DNA of 43,852 nucleotides from contig DASSJW010000587.1 of NCBI GenBank assembly GCA_035690995.1, positions 1 to 43,852 of the forward strand. The letters run 5' to 3'. Source of the stretch: Xanthobacteraceae bacterium (GTDB taxonomy: Bacteria > Pseudomonadota > Alphaproteobacteria > Rhizobiales > Xanthobacteraceae). Of this stretch, positions 22,489-30,128 are shown piece by piece. How positions within the stretch are numbered: position 1 is the stretch's first letter; every line of letters begins with the position of its first letter. The notes beneath the pieces were generated by a model that had not been told where the DNA came from, did no database searches, and saw only the letters and a program-made list of their open reading frames with translations. The translations under genes and the position numbers were made by a program.

Positions 22489-24185
22489 CATACCCTATTC
22501 CAGAGGCAGCGCTCGATGACCGCCTTGGCTGGATCGGGACGAGCGGCAGCGGCAAGACGTACAATGCTGGCGTCGGCGTAGAGCGGTTGCTCAACAGTAC
22601 CGCACGTGTGGTTATCATCGACCCGCTCGACGTCTGGTGGGGGCTTCGCCTGACGGCTAATGGTGCGCCGTCCAAGTTCACCCTACCAATCTTCGGCGGG
22701 CAGCATGGTGACCTTCCGCTCAATGCCAGCGCCGGCAAGCTGATTGGCGAAACGGTAGCGAGTATGGCCGAAAGCTGCATCGTCAGCCTGAGCGGTCTCG
22801 GCACAAAGTCTGATGAACGACGCTTCATGCTGGCGTTTCTCGAGGCGGTCTATCGCCACGCGAGCGGCAACCCGACGCACTTCATTTTCGATGAAGCGGA
22901 TCTTTGGGCGCCGCAGAAGGCCCAAGAGCCGAAACTTCAGGCTCTGATGGAGCAGATCGTCCGGCGCGGCCGTGTGCGCGGCTTCATCCCCTGGCTAATT
23001 ACGCAGCGGCCGGCCGTCCTCTCAAAGGATGTGCTTAGCCAAGTGGACGGTCTCATCACCTTCAAGCTCACGTCATCGCAGGATCGTCGCGCGATCGGCG
23101 AATGGGTGAAGGGGCAAGCGGACGAAGGCCAATGGGCCGTCATGGATGCTGCCCTGCCGACGCTACCACGCGGCACAGGTGTCGTCTGGCTGCCTTCACG
23201 CGGGCTGCTGGCCACCGCGGACTTTCCTTCCAAGCAGACCTTTGACAGCTCACGCACCCCGAGCCGTGGCGAACGGATCGAAAGGCGTGATCTGAAGCCG
23301 CTCGATCTCGGCAAGTTGCAGGCAAAGCTCGCCAGCATCGAGGAAGAGGCAAAGGCCAACGACCCGAAAACGCTCAAGGCTGAGATCGCTCTACTCAAGC
23401 GCGAAATCGCTGGCACCAAGAATGCTGGCAAACCGGCCTGGCCCGATCAGCGAGAGGAAGTGGCGAGGCTCCGCGGCATCGCTGGAACCCTGCCAGCCAT
23501 TCGCCGCGCGCTGGATCGCGTTCAGCGGCTTTTCCCGAAGGTCGAGCAGATCGTTGAGCAGCTCAGCCTTGAAATCGATGGCGTGGAGAGGGCGATCGAG
23601 AGCGTCTCGCCTGCCCCTGTCGTCGGCAAAATGGCGGGTGACGCCGTTCCGTCGCCGGTCAAGGCTGTTCCTCGCGTTCCGCCACGGCCTCACGCCGCGC
23701 GTGAAGTTCAATCCGATGGCTCGATCCCCCATGGATGCGCCAAACCGCTGGCGGCGCTTGCCAGCGTGTTCCCGGCCGGAATGACCGAGGCGCAGTGGGC
23801 GACGGCTGCAGGCTACAAGCGGAGCGGCGGAACCTGGGGCACGTACAAGAGCCGCCTGAAGGCTGCCGCCATGATCGAGCAGCGAGATGGGAAGTTCTTC
23901 GCCACGCAGACTGGCGCTGAAGCTGTCGGAGATGTCGAATTGCCGCCATCACCCGGACCCGAGCTCGTGCGCTGGTGGGCTGCCAAGTTGCCCGGCACGT
24001 CGAGAATGGCGGAAGTGCTGATCGAGGCTTGGCCGCATCACCTATCGAAAGAGGACTTAGCCGACCGGTTGGGAATGGCTGCGAGCGGCGGGTCATTCGG
24101 CACCTACCTCAGTCGCCTGGCCAGCCCTGGTCTGATCACGCGCGACAATGGCACCATCCGTCTTTCGGAAGAGGTCATGGCCTGA
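22485..24185 (+). CDS. HerA/FtsK-superfamily P-loop ATPase with coiled coil and two C-terminal winged-helix-like repeats
   Basis: 566 aa. Walker A GTSGSGKT followed by VVIIDPLDVWWGL. Walker B HFIFDEADLW. Repeats SGGTWGTYKSRLKAAAMIEQRDG and SGGSFGTYLSRLASPGLITRDNG. Confidence 0.6.
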   Translation: MTYPIPEAALDDRLGWIGTSGSGKTYNAGVGVERLLNSTARVVIIDPLDVWWGLRLTANGAPSKFTLPIFGGQHGDLPLNASAGKLIGETVASMAESCIVSLSGLGTKSDERRFMLAFLEAVYRHASGNPTHFIFDEADLWAPQKAQEPKLQALMEQIVRRGRVRGFIPWLITQRPAVLSKDVLSQVDGLITFKLTSSQDRRAIGEWVKGQADEGQWAVMDAALPTLPRGTGVVWLPSRGLLATADFPSKQTFDSSRTPSRGERIERRDLKPLDLGKLQAKLASIEEEAKANDPKTLKAEIALLKREIAGTKNAGKPAWPDQREEVARLRGIAGTLPAIRRALDRVQRLFPKVEQIVEQLSLEIDGVERAIESVSPAPVVGKMAGDAVPSPVKAVPRVPPRPHAAREVQSDGSIPHGCAKPLAALASVFPAGMTEAQWATAAGYKRSGGTWGTYKSRLKAAAMIEQRDGKFFATQTGAEAVGDVELPPSPGPELVRWWAAKLPGTSRMAEVLIEAWPHHLSKEDLADRLGMAASGGSFGTYLSRLASPGLITRDNGTIRLSEEVMA

Positions 24186-24844
24186 TGGCGCGACTTGAAC
24201 AGCTGAAGGCCGCATCCGTACGGCACATCGTGGGCCCGACGATCATGCTCGGCTCTGGAACCTACTTCGACTTCGCCGAACCGGAGAATAGCGCTCTCAC
24301 GGTGGAGGACTTCGCTTACGGCTTGGCCGCAGCCTGCCGCTTCGCCGGCCAGAGTGTGAGCCGGGTAACTGGCAAGCGTGTCTTCTACACCGTCGCCGAG
24401 CATTGCGTTCGGATGTCCTACGCCGTTCCGGCTGGGTTCGAATATGACGCGCTGATGCACGAGGCTGGAGAGCCGACGTGCGGCGACATGGTCGGTCCTC
24501 TCAAATCGCTCTGCCACGACTACAAGGCTATCGAGAAACGTTGCGAGCGCGCCAACTTCGAGCGCTTCAAGGTTCGAATGAGCGACCCGGATCTGATCAA
24601 GCTCTACGATCTACGCATGCTCGCAACGGAGAAGCGTGACCTGGTTGCAAGTGCGGATCGTGACCAGTGGGCGTGGGCCCAGGGGGCGCAGCCTCTCGAC
24701 TTCCAGATCGTGCCGTGGGGCCAGCATGAAGCGGCCGAGCGGTTCATCGAGCGATACGTCGAACTCGCGCCCGCCGGTGCTCCGCGTCCGACGTCGAAGG
24801 AACGACCTTCGCCGCCTGACTTCGGACCTGGAAGGTGGGCGTAG
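24185..24844 (+). CDS. HD-superfamily (YfbR-like) phosphohydrolase homolog with HE variant
   Basis: 219 aa. TVAEHCV ... MHEAGEPTCGDMVGPLKSLCHDYKAIEK parallels YfbR HDASEVLTGDLPTPVK..YKAIEK. TGATG coupling to the ATPase gene. Confidence 0.55.
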   Translation: MARLEQLKAASVRHIVGPTIMLGSGTYFDFAEPENSALTVEDFAYGLAAACRFAGQSVSRVTGKRVFYTVAEHCVRMSYAVPAGFEYDALMHEAGEPTCGDMVGPLKSLCHDYKAIEKRCERANFERFKVRMSDPDLIKLYDLRMLATEKRDLVASADRDQWAWAQGAQPLDFQIVPWGQHEAAERFIERYVELAPAGAPRPTSKERPSPPDFGPGRWA

Positions 24845-25170
24845 TGCCAGAGCGCATCCAACTCAGCCGGGCGAAAGGCTGGCGCATGCCGCCGAACACC
24901 GTCAGGGTCGACCGTTCCGGCAAGTGGGGCAATCCGTACTCCATCGGAAAGTCAGTCTGCAGCGGCAGGGGGATCAGGTTCAAACAGGAACTGATCGACA
25001 CACCCGAACAAGCAGTCGCGGCTTTCCGGCGAATGCTGAGTTTCGAGTTCAGGAACTACCCTGACGAAAGGGAGATCAGGGCCAAGCTTCGCGGTAAGAA
25101 CCTTGGCTGTTGGTGTGCGCCGGACCAGCCCTGCCATGCCGACGTTCTACTGGAGATTGCAAACCAGTGA
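24835..25170 (+). CDS. DUF4326-like protein
   Basis: About 110 aa (GTG 24835 or 24844). KWGNPY...LRGKNLGCWCAPDQPCHADVLLEIAN pattern. Confidence 0.6.
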   Translation: MGVVPERIQLSRAKGWRMPPNTVRVDRSGKWGNPYSIGKSVCSGRGIRFKQELIDTPEQAVAAFRRMLSFEFRNYPDEREIRAKLRGKNLGCWCAPDQPCHADVLLEIANQ

Positions 25171-25397
25171 ACGCCCACGGCCACTTCCTGACAGAGGGCA
25201 GCGAGCGCGGTGGCCGCAAGCGCAGCCCCTACGCGCGCACTGCCGATGTCGAACGCCTGATCAAGGCGGCGAAGAGAGCCGGGCTTGACGTCGGCGGCTT
25301 CGATGCCCTTCCTGACGGCACGGTGCGCATCTTCACGGCCGACGCGCAGAAGAAGAGCACCCTGTTTGACGAGCTCGATGGAGCGGGAAAGCTGTAG
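25167..25397 (+). CDS. hypothetical protein
   Basis: 76 aa from GTG 25167 (GTGA overlap). Confidence 0.4.
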   Translation: MNAHGHFLTEGSERGGRKRSPYARTADVERLIKAAKRAGLDVGGFDALPDGTVRIFTADAQKKSTLFDELDGAGKL

Positions 25398-25400
25398 CGA

Positions 25401-25694
25401 ATGCCTGTTACGCCTGAGGATCTGGTCGAGGCCTGGCACCTGGTTGTTGCCGATGGTGCCGAGCCAAAGCTCTGGAAGATGAGCGAATCGCTCTGGCTGA
25501 AGGTGCGAAAGGCAGCTGAGCAGCGCGAGCACATCGATGCCGGTGACCCGCTGCCCAGCGAAGAGGAGCGGACCCTGTTGGGTACGCCGATCGAGATCGT
25601 GCCGGACGAAGGGCTGGCACCCGTGTTGCGCATCCGGCGGAACGGCCAGGATGAAAGCGTGCCGATCGTGGGATCGGTCGACGAATTGGAATGA
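25401..25694 (+). CDS. hypothetical protein (excisionase role not supported by any motif)
   Basis: 97 aa with an ATGA overlap with the integrase. Confidence 0.45.
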   Translation: MPVTPEDLVEAWHLVVADGAEPKLWKMSESLWLKVRKAAEQREHIDAGDPLPSEEERTLLGTPIEIVPDEGLAPVLRIRRNGQDESVPIVGSVDELE

Positions 25695-26782
25695 TCGGCG
25701 TCCACTACGTCCGCGCGAAGGGCCCGGCCGGGCATCGCTGGTACATCTACGCCTGGCGCGGCGGTCCACGCATTGGGGTGATTGAAGGCGGACCGAAGCC
25801 GCGCCTGAGCCGCGAACTGGAGCAAAGGGTCAAGGAAGAGCGCGACCGGGCTGGCGCGGCTGGTGATGGCACGCTCAGCGGCATGATCCGCGATTGGCGC
25901 CGATCGCCGGAGTGGGAAGGCCTCTCGCCCAATACACGCGACACCTGGACGCCGGCCCTGACGCGGATCGAGGACAAGTGGGGGAAATACGGCGTCGAGC
26001 TCTGGAATGATCCGCGGATGGTCGGGAAGGTCGTTGAATGGCGCGACAGTCAAAAGGCCAAGCCGCGCGCCGCTGACATCGGAGTGACGGTCCTCTCACG
26101 GCTGCTCGAATGGGGACGGCTGCGGGCTAAGGTCTCCGTCAACGTCGCATCGGGCATTCCGCAACTCTACCGCGGCGCCGATCGCGCGGAGATCATCTGG
26201 ACGGACGAGGATATTGCAGCCTTCTGTCGCTCGGCGCTGATGCTGGATCGACCGCTGCTGATCGACTGCCTCTTCCTCGCAACCCTCACAGGCATGCGCC
26301 TGGCGGACCTCGCCGCTCTCACGTTCGAGGAGTGCGGGACTGATGCGATTGTCAGGAAGGCGCTCAAGCGCAGTCGCGGTCGGCGGCGGCGCGCGGCCGT
26401 GCCGATCCTGCCGCAGCTGCGCGAGCTCATCGAGGAGCTGCGCACGCGGCCGCGAGCCATGGGCGTCGAGACGCTGCTGGTGAACAGCTACGGTCGACCG
26501 TGGAGTGCCGATGCGCTCGGCAAGCGGTTCGGGGAGATCAGCCGGCATGCGGGAATTGTCTACCGCGAGGCTGGTGAGGAGGATCGGCCCAAGCACCTGC
26601 ACGACGTCCGCGGCACCTTCGTGACGCATCTCTGCCGTGCTGGGCTGACCGATCGGGAGATCGCTGACATTGTCGCCTGGAGCGAGACGAATGTGGGCCG
26701 AATCCGGCGCGTCTATGTTGACGATGCGGCCGTCGTCGTGGCAATCGGCCGACGCATCAACACCGCCTTACAGGCGAGCTAA
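25691..26782 (+). CDS. int: tyrosine site-specific integrase
   Basis: 363 aa. LTGMRLADL (Arg), HLHDVRGTF (H-x-x-R) and a C-terminal RRVYVD (Tyr). Adjacent to the tRNA-like att core. Confidence 0.85.
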   Translation: MIGVHYVRAKGPAGHRWYIYAWRGGPRIGVIEGGPKPRLSRELEQRVKEERDRAGAAGDGTLSGMIRDWRRSPEWEGLSPNTRDTWTPALTRIEDKWGKYGVELWNDPRMVGKVVEWRDSQKAKPRAADIGVTVLSRLLEWGRLRAKVSVNVASGIPQLYRGADRAEIIWTDEDIAAFCRSALMLDRPLLIDCLFLATLTGMRLADLAALTFEECGTDAIVRKALKRSRGRRRRAAVPILPQLRELIEELRTRPRAMGVETLLVNSYGRPWSADALGKRFGEISRHAGIVYREAGEEDRPKHLHDVRGTFVTHLCRAGLTDREIADIVAWSETNVGRIRRVYVDDAAVVVAIGRRINTALQAS

Positions 26783-26969
26783 GTGTAAAAGAGACTGTAA
26801 AAAGTCCTCTTCGCACTGCCGCTAAGTGGTTGAAAATGCGGGTGTAGCTCAATGGTAGAGCAGAAGCCTTCCAAGCAGAAGAAGAGCCCGCAAATCTGCG
26901 AAAAACGGTGTAAAACTGGGCTGTGCTGCCCAACGCAGATTCAATAGCTTAGCTGTTGTGGTGTAAAAG
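26783..26969 (+). repeat. four direct (G/C)TGTAAAA repeats flanking the att core (putative arm-type integrase sites)
   Basis: gtgtaaaa at 26783, ctgtaaaa at 26795, gtgtaaaa at 26908 and gtgtaaaa at 26961, all on the plus strand. Confidence 0.5.
26838..26877 (+). other. attP core: 5' half of tRNA-Gly(UCC), truncated after the anticodon loop
   Basis: GCGGGTG acceptor, TAGCTCAATGGTAGAGC D-arm, GAAGC stem and CTTCCAA loop (anticodon TCC). No 3' anticodon-stem strand, T-arm or acceptor 3' strand follows. Confidence 0.7.
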
Positions 26970-26981
26970 ATTTCGCGGTGC

Positions 26982-27368
26982 CTACCGCCGGATTTGGCGG
27001 CCCCAATCGAAGAGCAGCTGCTGGATCCGGTCGATGCTGAGCGGGCCCACGCCAGGGTACCTATTTAGGACCCGGTGCAGCTTCTCGAAGTCAGCAGCAG
27101 CCAAGTCGCCCAATGTCATGATCCCGGCATCCATCAACCCCTCGCGGGCCTCAATGCTCAGGGGCAAATGCGTGGACGGCGTTTCTGCTTTCAGTCCGGG
27201 CAGGTAGACGATCTCATCTGGCGGTACCTCGGCTCGACCGAACCTCACCAGGATTCGAGCTCTCTCAGCTTTGACGCCAAGGCTGCGGCCGATGGCTGCA
27301 TAGGTCAGCCCAGCTGCCCGGAGTGCGACGGCCTTTTGCTCTTTGAGGTAGTTCTTTTCGGGGCCCAC
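26982..27368 (-). CDS. sigma-70 region-4-like HTH fused to RNAP alpha-CTD-like (helix-hairpin-helix) domain
   Basis: 128 aa with a GTG start. LRAAGLTYAAIGRSLGVKAERARILV is region-4-like. LPLSIEAREGLMDAGIMTLGDLAAADFEKL...GVGPLSIDRIQQLL is alpha-CTD-like. Confidence 0.5.
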   Translation of the reverse strand: MGPEKNYLKEQKAVALRAAGLTYAAIGRSLGVKAERARILVRFGRAEVPPDEIVYLPGLKAETPSTHLPLSIEAREGLMDAGIMTLGDLAAADFEKLHRVLNRYPGVGPLSIDRIQQLLFDWGRQIRR

Positions 27369-27426
27369 TATTGGTGGAGACGCGCGGGCATCTGGAATCC
27401 GTAGCGCGCAGGCGTATCAAACGCCC

Positions 27427-27609
27427 ATGCCCAAGCGTCGCATCCCTGACCCTTCGACCATCATCTACTGCGTGGCGTGCCACAAGGCACGGAATGGGAA
27501 GGGTTACTTCGGTCCTGGCTGCATGTGCGACAATCCGCCGCCAGGTCCGCTGAAGCCGATCTACGCAGTCAGCACTGGCGGCCCGAAGGCTGGGAGGGAA
27601 AGCTGGTGA
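27427..27609 (+). CDS. 60-aa Cys-rich (zinc-ribbon-like) protein
   Basis: YCVACHKARNGKGYFGPGCMCDNP. Third-position GC about 75% by hand count. No clear SD. Confidence 0.4.
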   Translation: MPKRRIPDPSTIIYCVACHKARNGKGYFGPGCMCDNPPPGPLKPIYAVSTGGPKAGRESW

Positions 27610-27887
27610 ACGACTGTCCTATTTTGGGGCCCACTGTGGCGGGGAAGCAATGGCCGGGCTTGATTTGTTAACGGAAATGACCACGTTCCTTGCACTGACA
27701 TGGGCACGCGCGTACTGAAGAACGAGACGGCTGGAGGGGGCGCGATCGTGGGCCGTACACCCGAAGTTAACCGGAAAATTGCGAATACGCGGTGGATTGC
27801 ACGGCGCGATCGGCTGAGCTATCGGCCCGGATCAGTCGCGCAACAAGGCGCAATGTCGGACGTTTGGAACGCAGGAAGGAGGGAACG

Positions 27888-28103
27888 ATGAGTACGCATA
27901 CGCATGTTGAGCGCATGAAAACTGCCTTGTTCCCTGCCGAGGGAACAGCCGCGGTGAACGTGAAGTTCTTCCTCGGCAACGACCGTCGTGTTTCGGCGGA
28001 GCAGTTGGCCGATCAGCTTGATCGTGCTGACGCGCAGATCCGTAGCGGAGCAGCCGCGCGGGCCACTGCACTCGACGGCGGCTTGGCAGTCAAAGCTCTC
28101 TAA
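27888..28103 (+). CDS. 71-aa protein, partner of the ImmA-like gene
   Basis: Strong AGGAAGGAGGG SD before ATG 27888. MSTHTHVERMKTALFPAEGTAAVNVKFFLGNDRRVSAEQLADQL... Confidence 0.6.
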   Translation: MSTHTHVERMKTALFPAEGTAAVNVKFFLGNDRRVSAEQLADQLDRADAQIRSGAAARATALDGGLAVKAL

Positions 28104-28141
28104 GCTTAGCTGGCGCAGGAACAGTCCACGCCAGCTAAGCC

Positions 28142-28753
28142 ATGTCCTTCGTCAGCCTATATCGTTATGTCGCCGGGCTGAACGAGTACCCGGTCCGCCT
28201 CGAAGGCATCGTAGACAAGAAAGTCCAAGCGCTCACGGGGCAGGACGAGATCTGGTACGTGCCGGTCGATCTGGACCCGACCATCTCTCTCGGCCACATC
28301 AAGCAACTCCGATACCAGAAGCTGCCGTATCAGGAGCTCACCTGGGTGACAGAGATTCGGTATCACAAGGAGCTGGATCTCCCATTGCGGCGCTTCGTGT
28401 GCTGCAAGGAGCTCATGCACGCGTTTGACACGCCTGAGGAGCGTACGGACTCGGCCAAGAAGTTCGAGCAGCTCTTAGACGAGATCGAGACGCCGCTTCC
28501 GAATGAGCTGGCGTCCCCGATGTTCCAGTCTGAAAGCCGAACTAAGTGGATGGCCGCACTCACACTTTGCCCCGGGCCTGTCCGCGACCGCTTCCTTCCC
28601 CTGTGGGAGGCCGACGAGCTGTCAGACTACGAAGTTGCGCTCGAACTGCAGATCCCCGAGCCGCTGATTAAGACGATTATGTCGGACCGTTACGAACGGG
28701 TCTTTGACATCCTCATCGGTGACAAGCTCGACCAGCTCGAGATGAGCAAGTAG
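28142..28753 (+). CDS. degenerate ImmA/IrrE (COG2856)-like protein
   Basis: 203 aa. LRRFVCCKELMHAFD aligns with the RFTxAHELGHxx zinc motif but has K in place of the first His. ESRTKWMAALTLCPGP matches the E..AN.FAA.LLMP block. Confidence 0.5.
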   Translation: MSFVSLYRYVAGLNEYPVRLEGIVDKKVQALTGQDEIWYVPVDLDPTISLGHIKQLRYQKLPYQELTWVTEIRYHKELDLPLRRFVCCKELMHAFDTPEERTDSAKKFEQLLDEIETPLPNELASPMFQSESRTKWMAALTLCPGPVRDRFLPLWEADELSDYEVALELQIPEPLIKTIMSDRYERVFDILIGDKLDQLEMSK

Positions 28754-28760
28754 GCGCCTG

Positions 28761-29150
28761 TCACCATGAGCGCAGTCGGGACTTCCCCACGCTAGCGTTC
28801 GTCCGGCTCTCGATCGACCAGTGACCCGGCAGCGGCACCATGTACCCCTGCGAGCCGATCGTCTCGATGATCCCCGGCGCTCGGTTCCGCAGTTGATAGA
28901 TATGGGTCCGCACGGTGTCCTTCGGCCACTCAGGCTCAAGGTCCGGGTCAGGCCAGAGGCGCTCGATGATCTCGTTTGTCGTCAGCATCTGGCCGCGGTT
29001 CAGCAGCAGGATCGACAGGATGTCGCAGTGTCGTGGCGTCATCTGGACGCGCCGGCCGAGGTACACGCACTCGCGCCGCATGTAGTCCGCCCAGCGCATC
29101 TCGATGAAGTCTTCCGCCGCGCCGGCCATGCGCGGAAATGCGGCCGTCAC
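28761..29150 (-). CDS. stand-alone OmpR/PhoB-type winged-helix DNA-binding protein
   Basis: 129 aa. MTPRHCDILSILLLNRGQMLTTNEIIERLWPD...DTVRTHIYQLRNR...IETIGSQGYM matches the trans_reg_C pattern. No receiver domain. Confidence 0.65.
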   Translation of the reverse strand: MTAAFPRMAGAAEDFIEMRWADYMRRECVYLGRRVQMTPRHCDILSILLLNRGQMLTTNEIIERLWPDPDLEPEWPKDTVRTHIYQLRNRAPGIIETIGSQGYMVPLPGHWSIESRTNASVGKSRLRSW

Positions 29151-29866
29151 GGCGCGAGCTTCACGCCCTCGATGCAGCGCTCAGCAACTGTGATCGCCTG
29201 ACCGCCAGCAGGGTTCTCGACGGTCCACATGTCGCCGATGTCGCCTTCGACATTTTTGAACGGGCCGCTGTGCCCCCATGCTGCCGTCGTGCCCTTGCCT
29301 GGCGCCGTTGCCGGGCCGGCAGTGATCAGCTTGTAGATCGAGCCGGCGGCGACGCCTGCACGCTTGACCGTCTGCGTCGGCGACTGGTTCCACATGCTAG
29401 TGCACGTGGCCTTCGCCCGTGCATGCGTTGCGAGGCCCGACCTAAGCGGCGTGACGATCCACCCCGTCGGGGCAGGCGCATCATTGTCGACGATCGTGAC
29501 ATTCGCATACGGCGTCTCGCAGGTGACGTTCACCTTGCACGTCAGGCGGACGATGAAGCGCTCGTCCGGCTCCACCACTTGGTTGTCGACAGTGGGCACG
29601 CTCCAGGAGCGAGTTCGCACACTGCCAGGATTGATGGTCCAGCAACCGGAGCGGGCGAGGTAATCCTCCGTGGCCTTGGCGGTGTCCGGGCTCGTACCAA
29701 AGCAGATGCTGATCGGTTGGCCATTGTCGCCATCGATCCGCAACGTGCCGGCGGCCACCTTCCCTTCGGTAACGATCACTTCATCGATGATGGCTCTGGG
29801 CACGGCTTGGGCAGCTGCCGGCGTCCAGCAGACGAGCGCCAGCGCCGCGAAAATGATCGCGCGCAT
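29147..29866 (-). CDS. secreted protein with Calx-beta-like domain
   Basis: Start moved to ATG 29866, giving the signal peptide MRAIIFAALALVCWTPAAAQA. EDYLARSG...PGSVRTRSWSVPTVDNQVVEPDERFIVRL...ANVTIVDND. Confidence 0.6.
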   Translation of the reverse strand: MRAIIFAALALVCWTPAAAQAVPRAIIDEVIVTEGKVAAGTLRIDGDNGQPISICFGTSPDTAKATEDYLARSGCWTINPGSVRTRSWSVPTVDNQVVEPDERFIVRLTCKVNVTCETPYANVTIVDNDAPAPTGWIVTPLRSGLATHARAKATCTSMWNQSPTQTVKRAGVAAGSIYKLITAGPATAPGKGTTAAWGHSGPFKNVEGDIGDMWTVENPAGGQAITVAERCIEGVKLAP

Positions 29867-29897
29867 AAATTGTCCTTTTGCGGGAGTTGGGAGCGGC

Positions 29898-30125
29898 TTA
29901 GCCGCGGGCCTGAAGCTGGGACATCGTGTCGTCGAGCTCGGTCGAAAGCGCCAAATTCTTGGCGTGAATTTCCGAGAGCTGCGCTTCCAGCTTGGCAAGG
30001 TCGGTTTCGGAGACGGCGGCCTTGATACCCTCGTAGCCGCCCTTGAAGGCAGCGACTGCCGCCTTGGCGTTGTCGAGCAATGCGAGGGCCTCCTGGCCCT
30101 TGGCGAAGAGGTCTGCGAAATCCAT
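29898..30125 (-). CDS. 75-aa coiled-coil protein
   Basis: The ORF follows the lipoprotein gene by 3 nt and is predicted helical throughout. Confidence 0.5.
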   Translation of the reverse strand: MDFADLFAKGQEALALLDNAKAAVAAFKGGYEGIKAAVSETDLAKLEAQLSEIHAKNLALSTELDDTMSQLQARG

Positions 30126-30128
30126 GGC

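Noticed and set aside
22268-22828. 186-aa minus-strand ORF
   Set aside because: It is antisense to SD-supported, translationally coupled plus-strand genes, including the Walker A region of the ATPase.
25056-26053. 237-aa and 274-aa minus-strand ORFs
   Set aside because: They are antisense to coupled plus-strand genes and the integrase N-terminus, and are Arg/Ser/Pro-rich.
26838-26877. Functional tRNA-Gly gene
   Set aside because: Only the 5' ~40 nt are tRNA-like. The 3' anticodon-stem strand, T-arm and acceptor 3' strand are absent, so it is an att core and not a tRNA gene.
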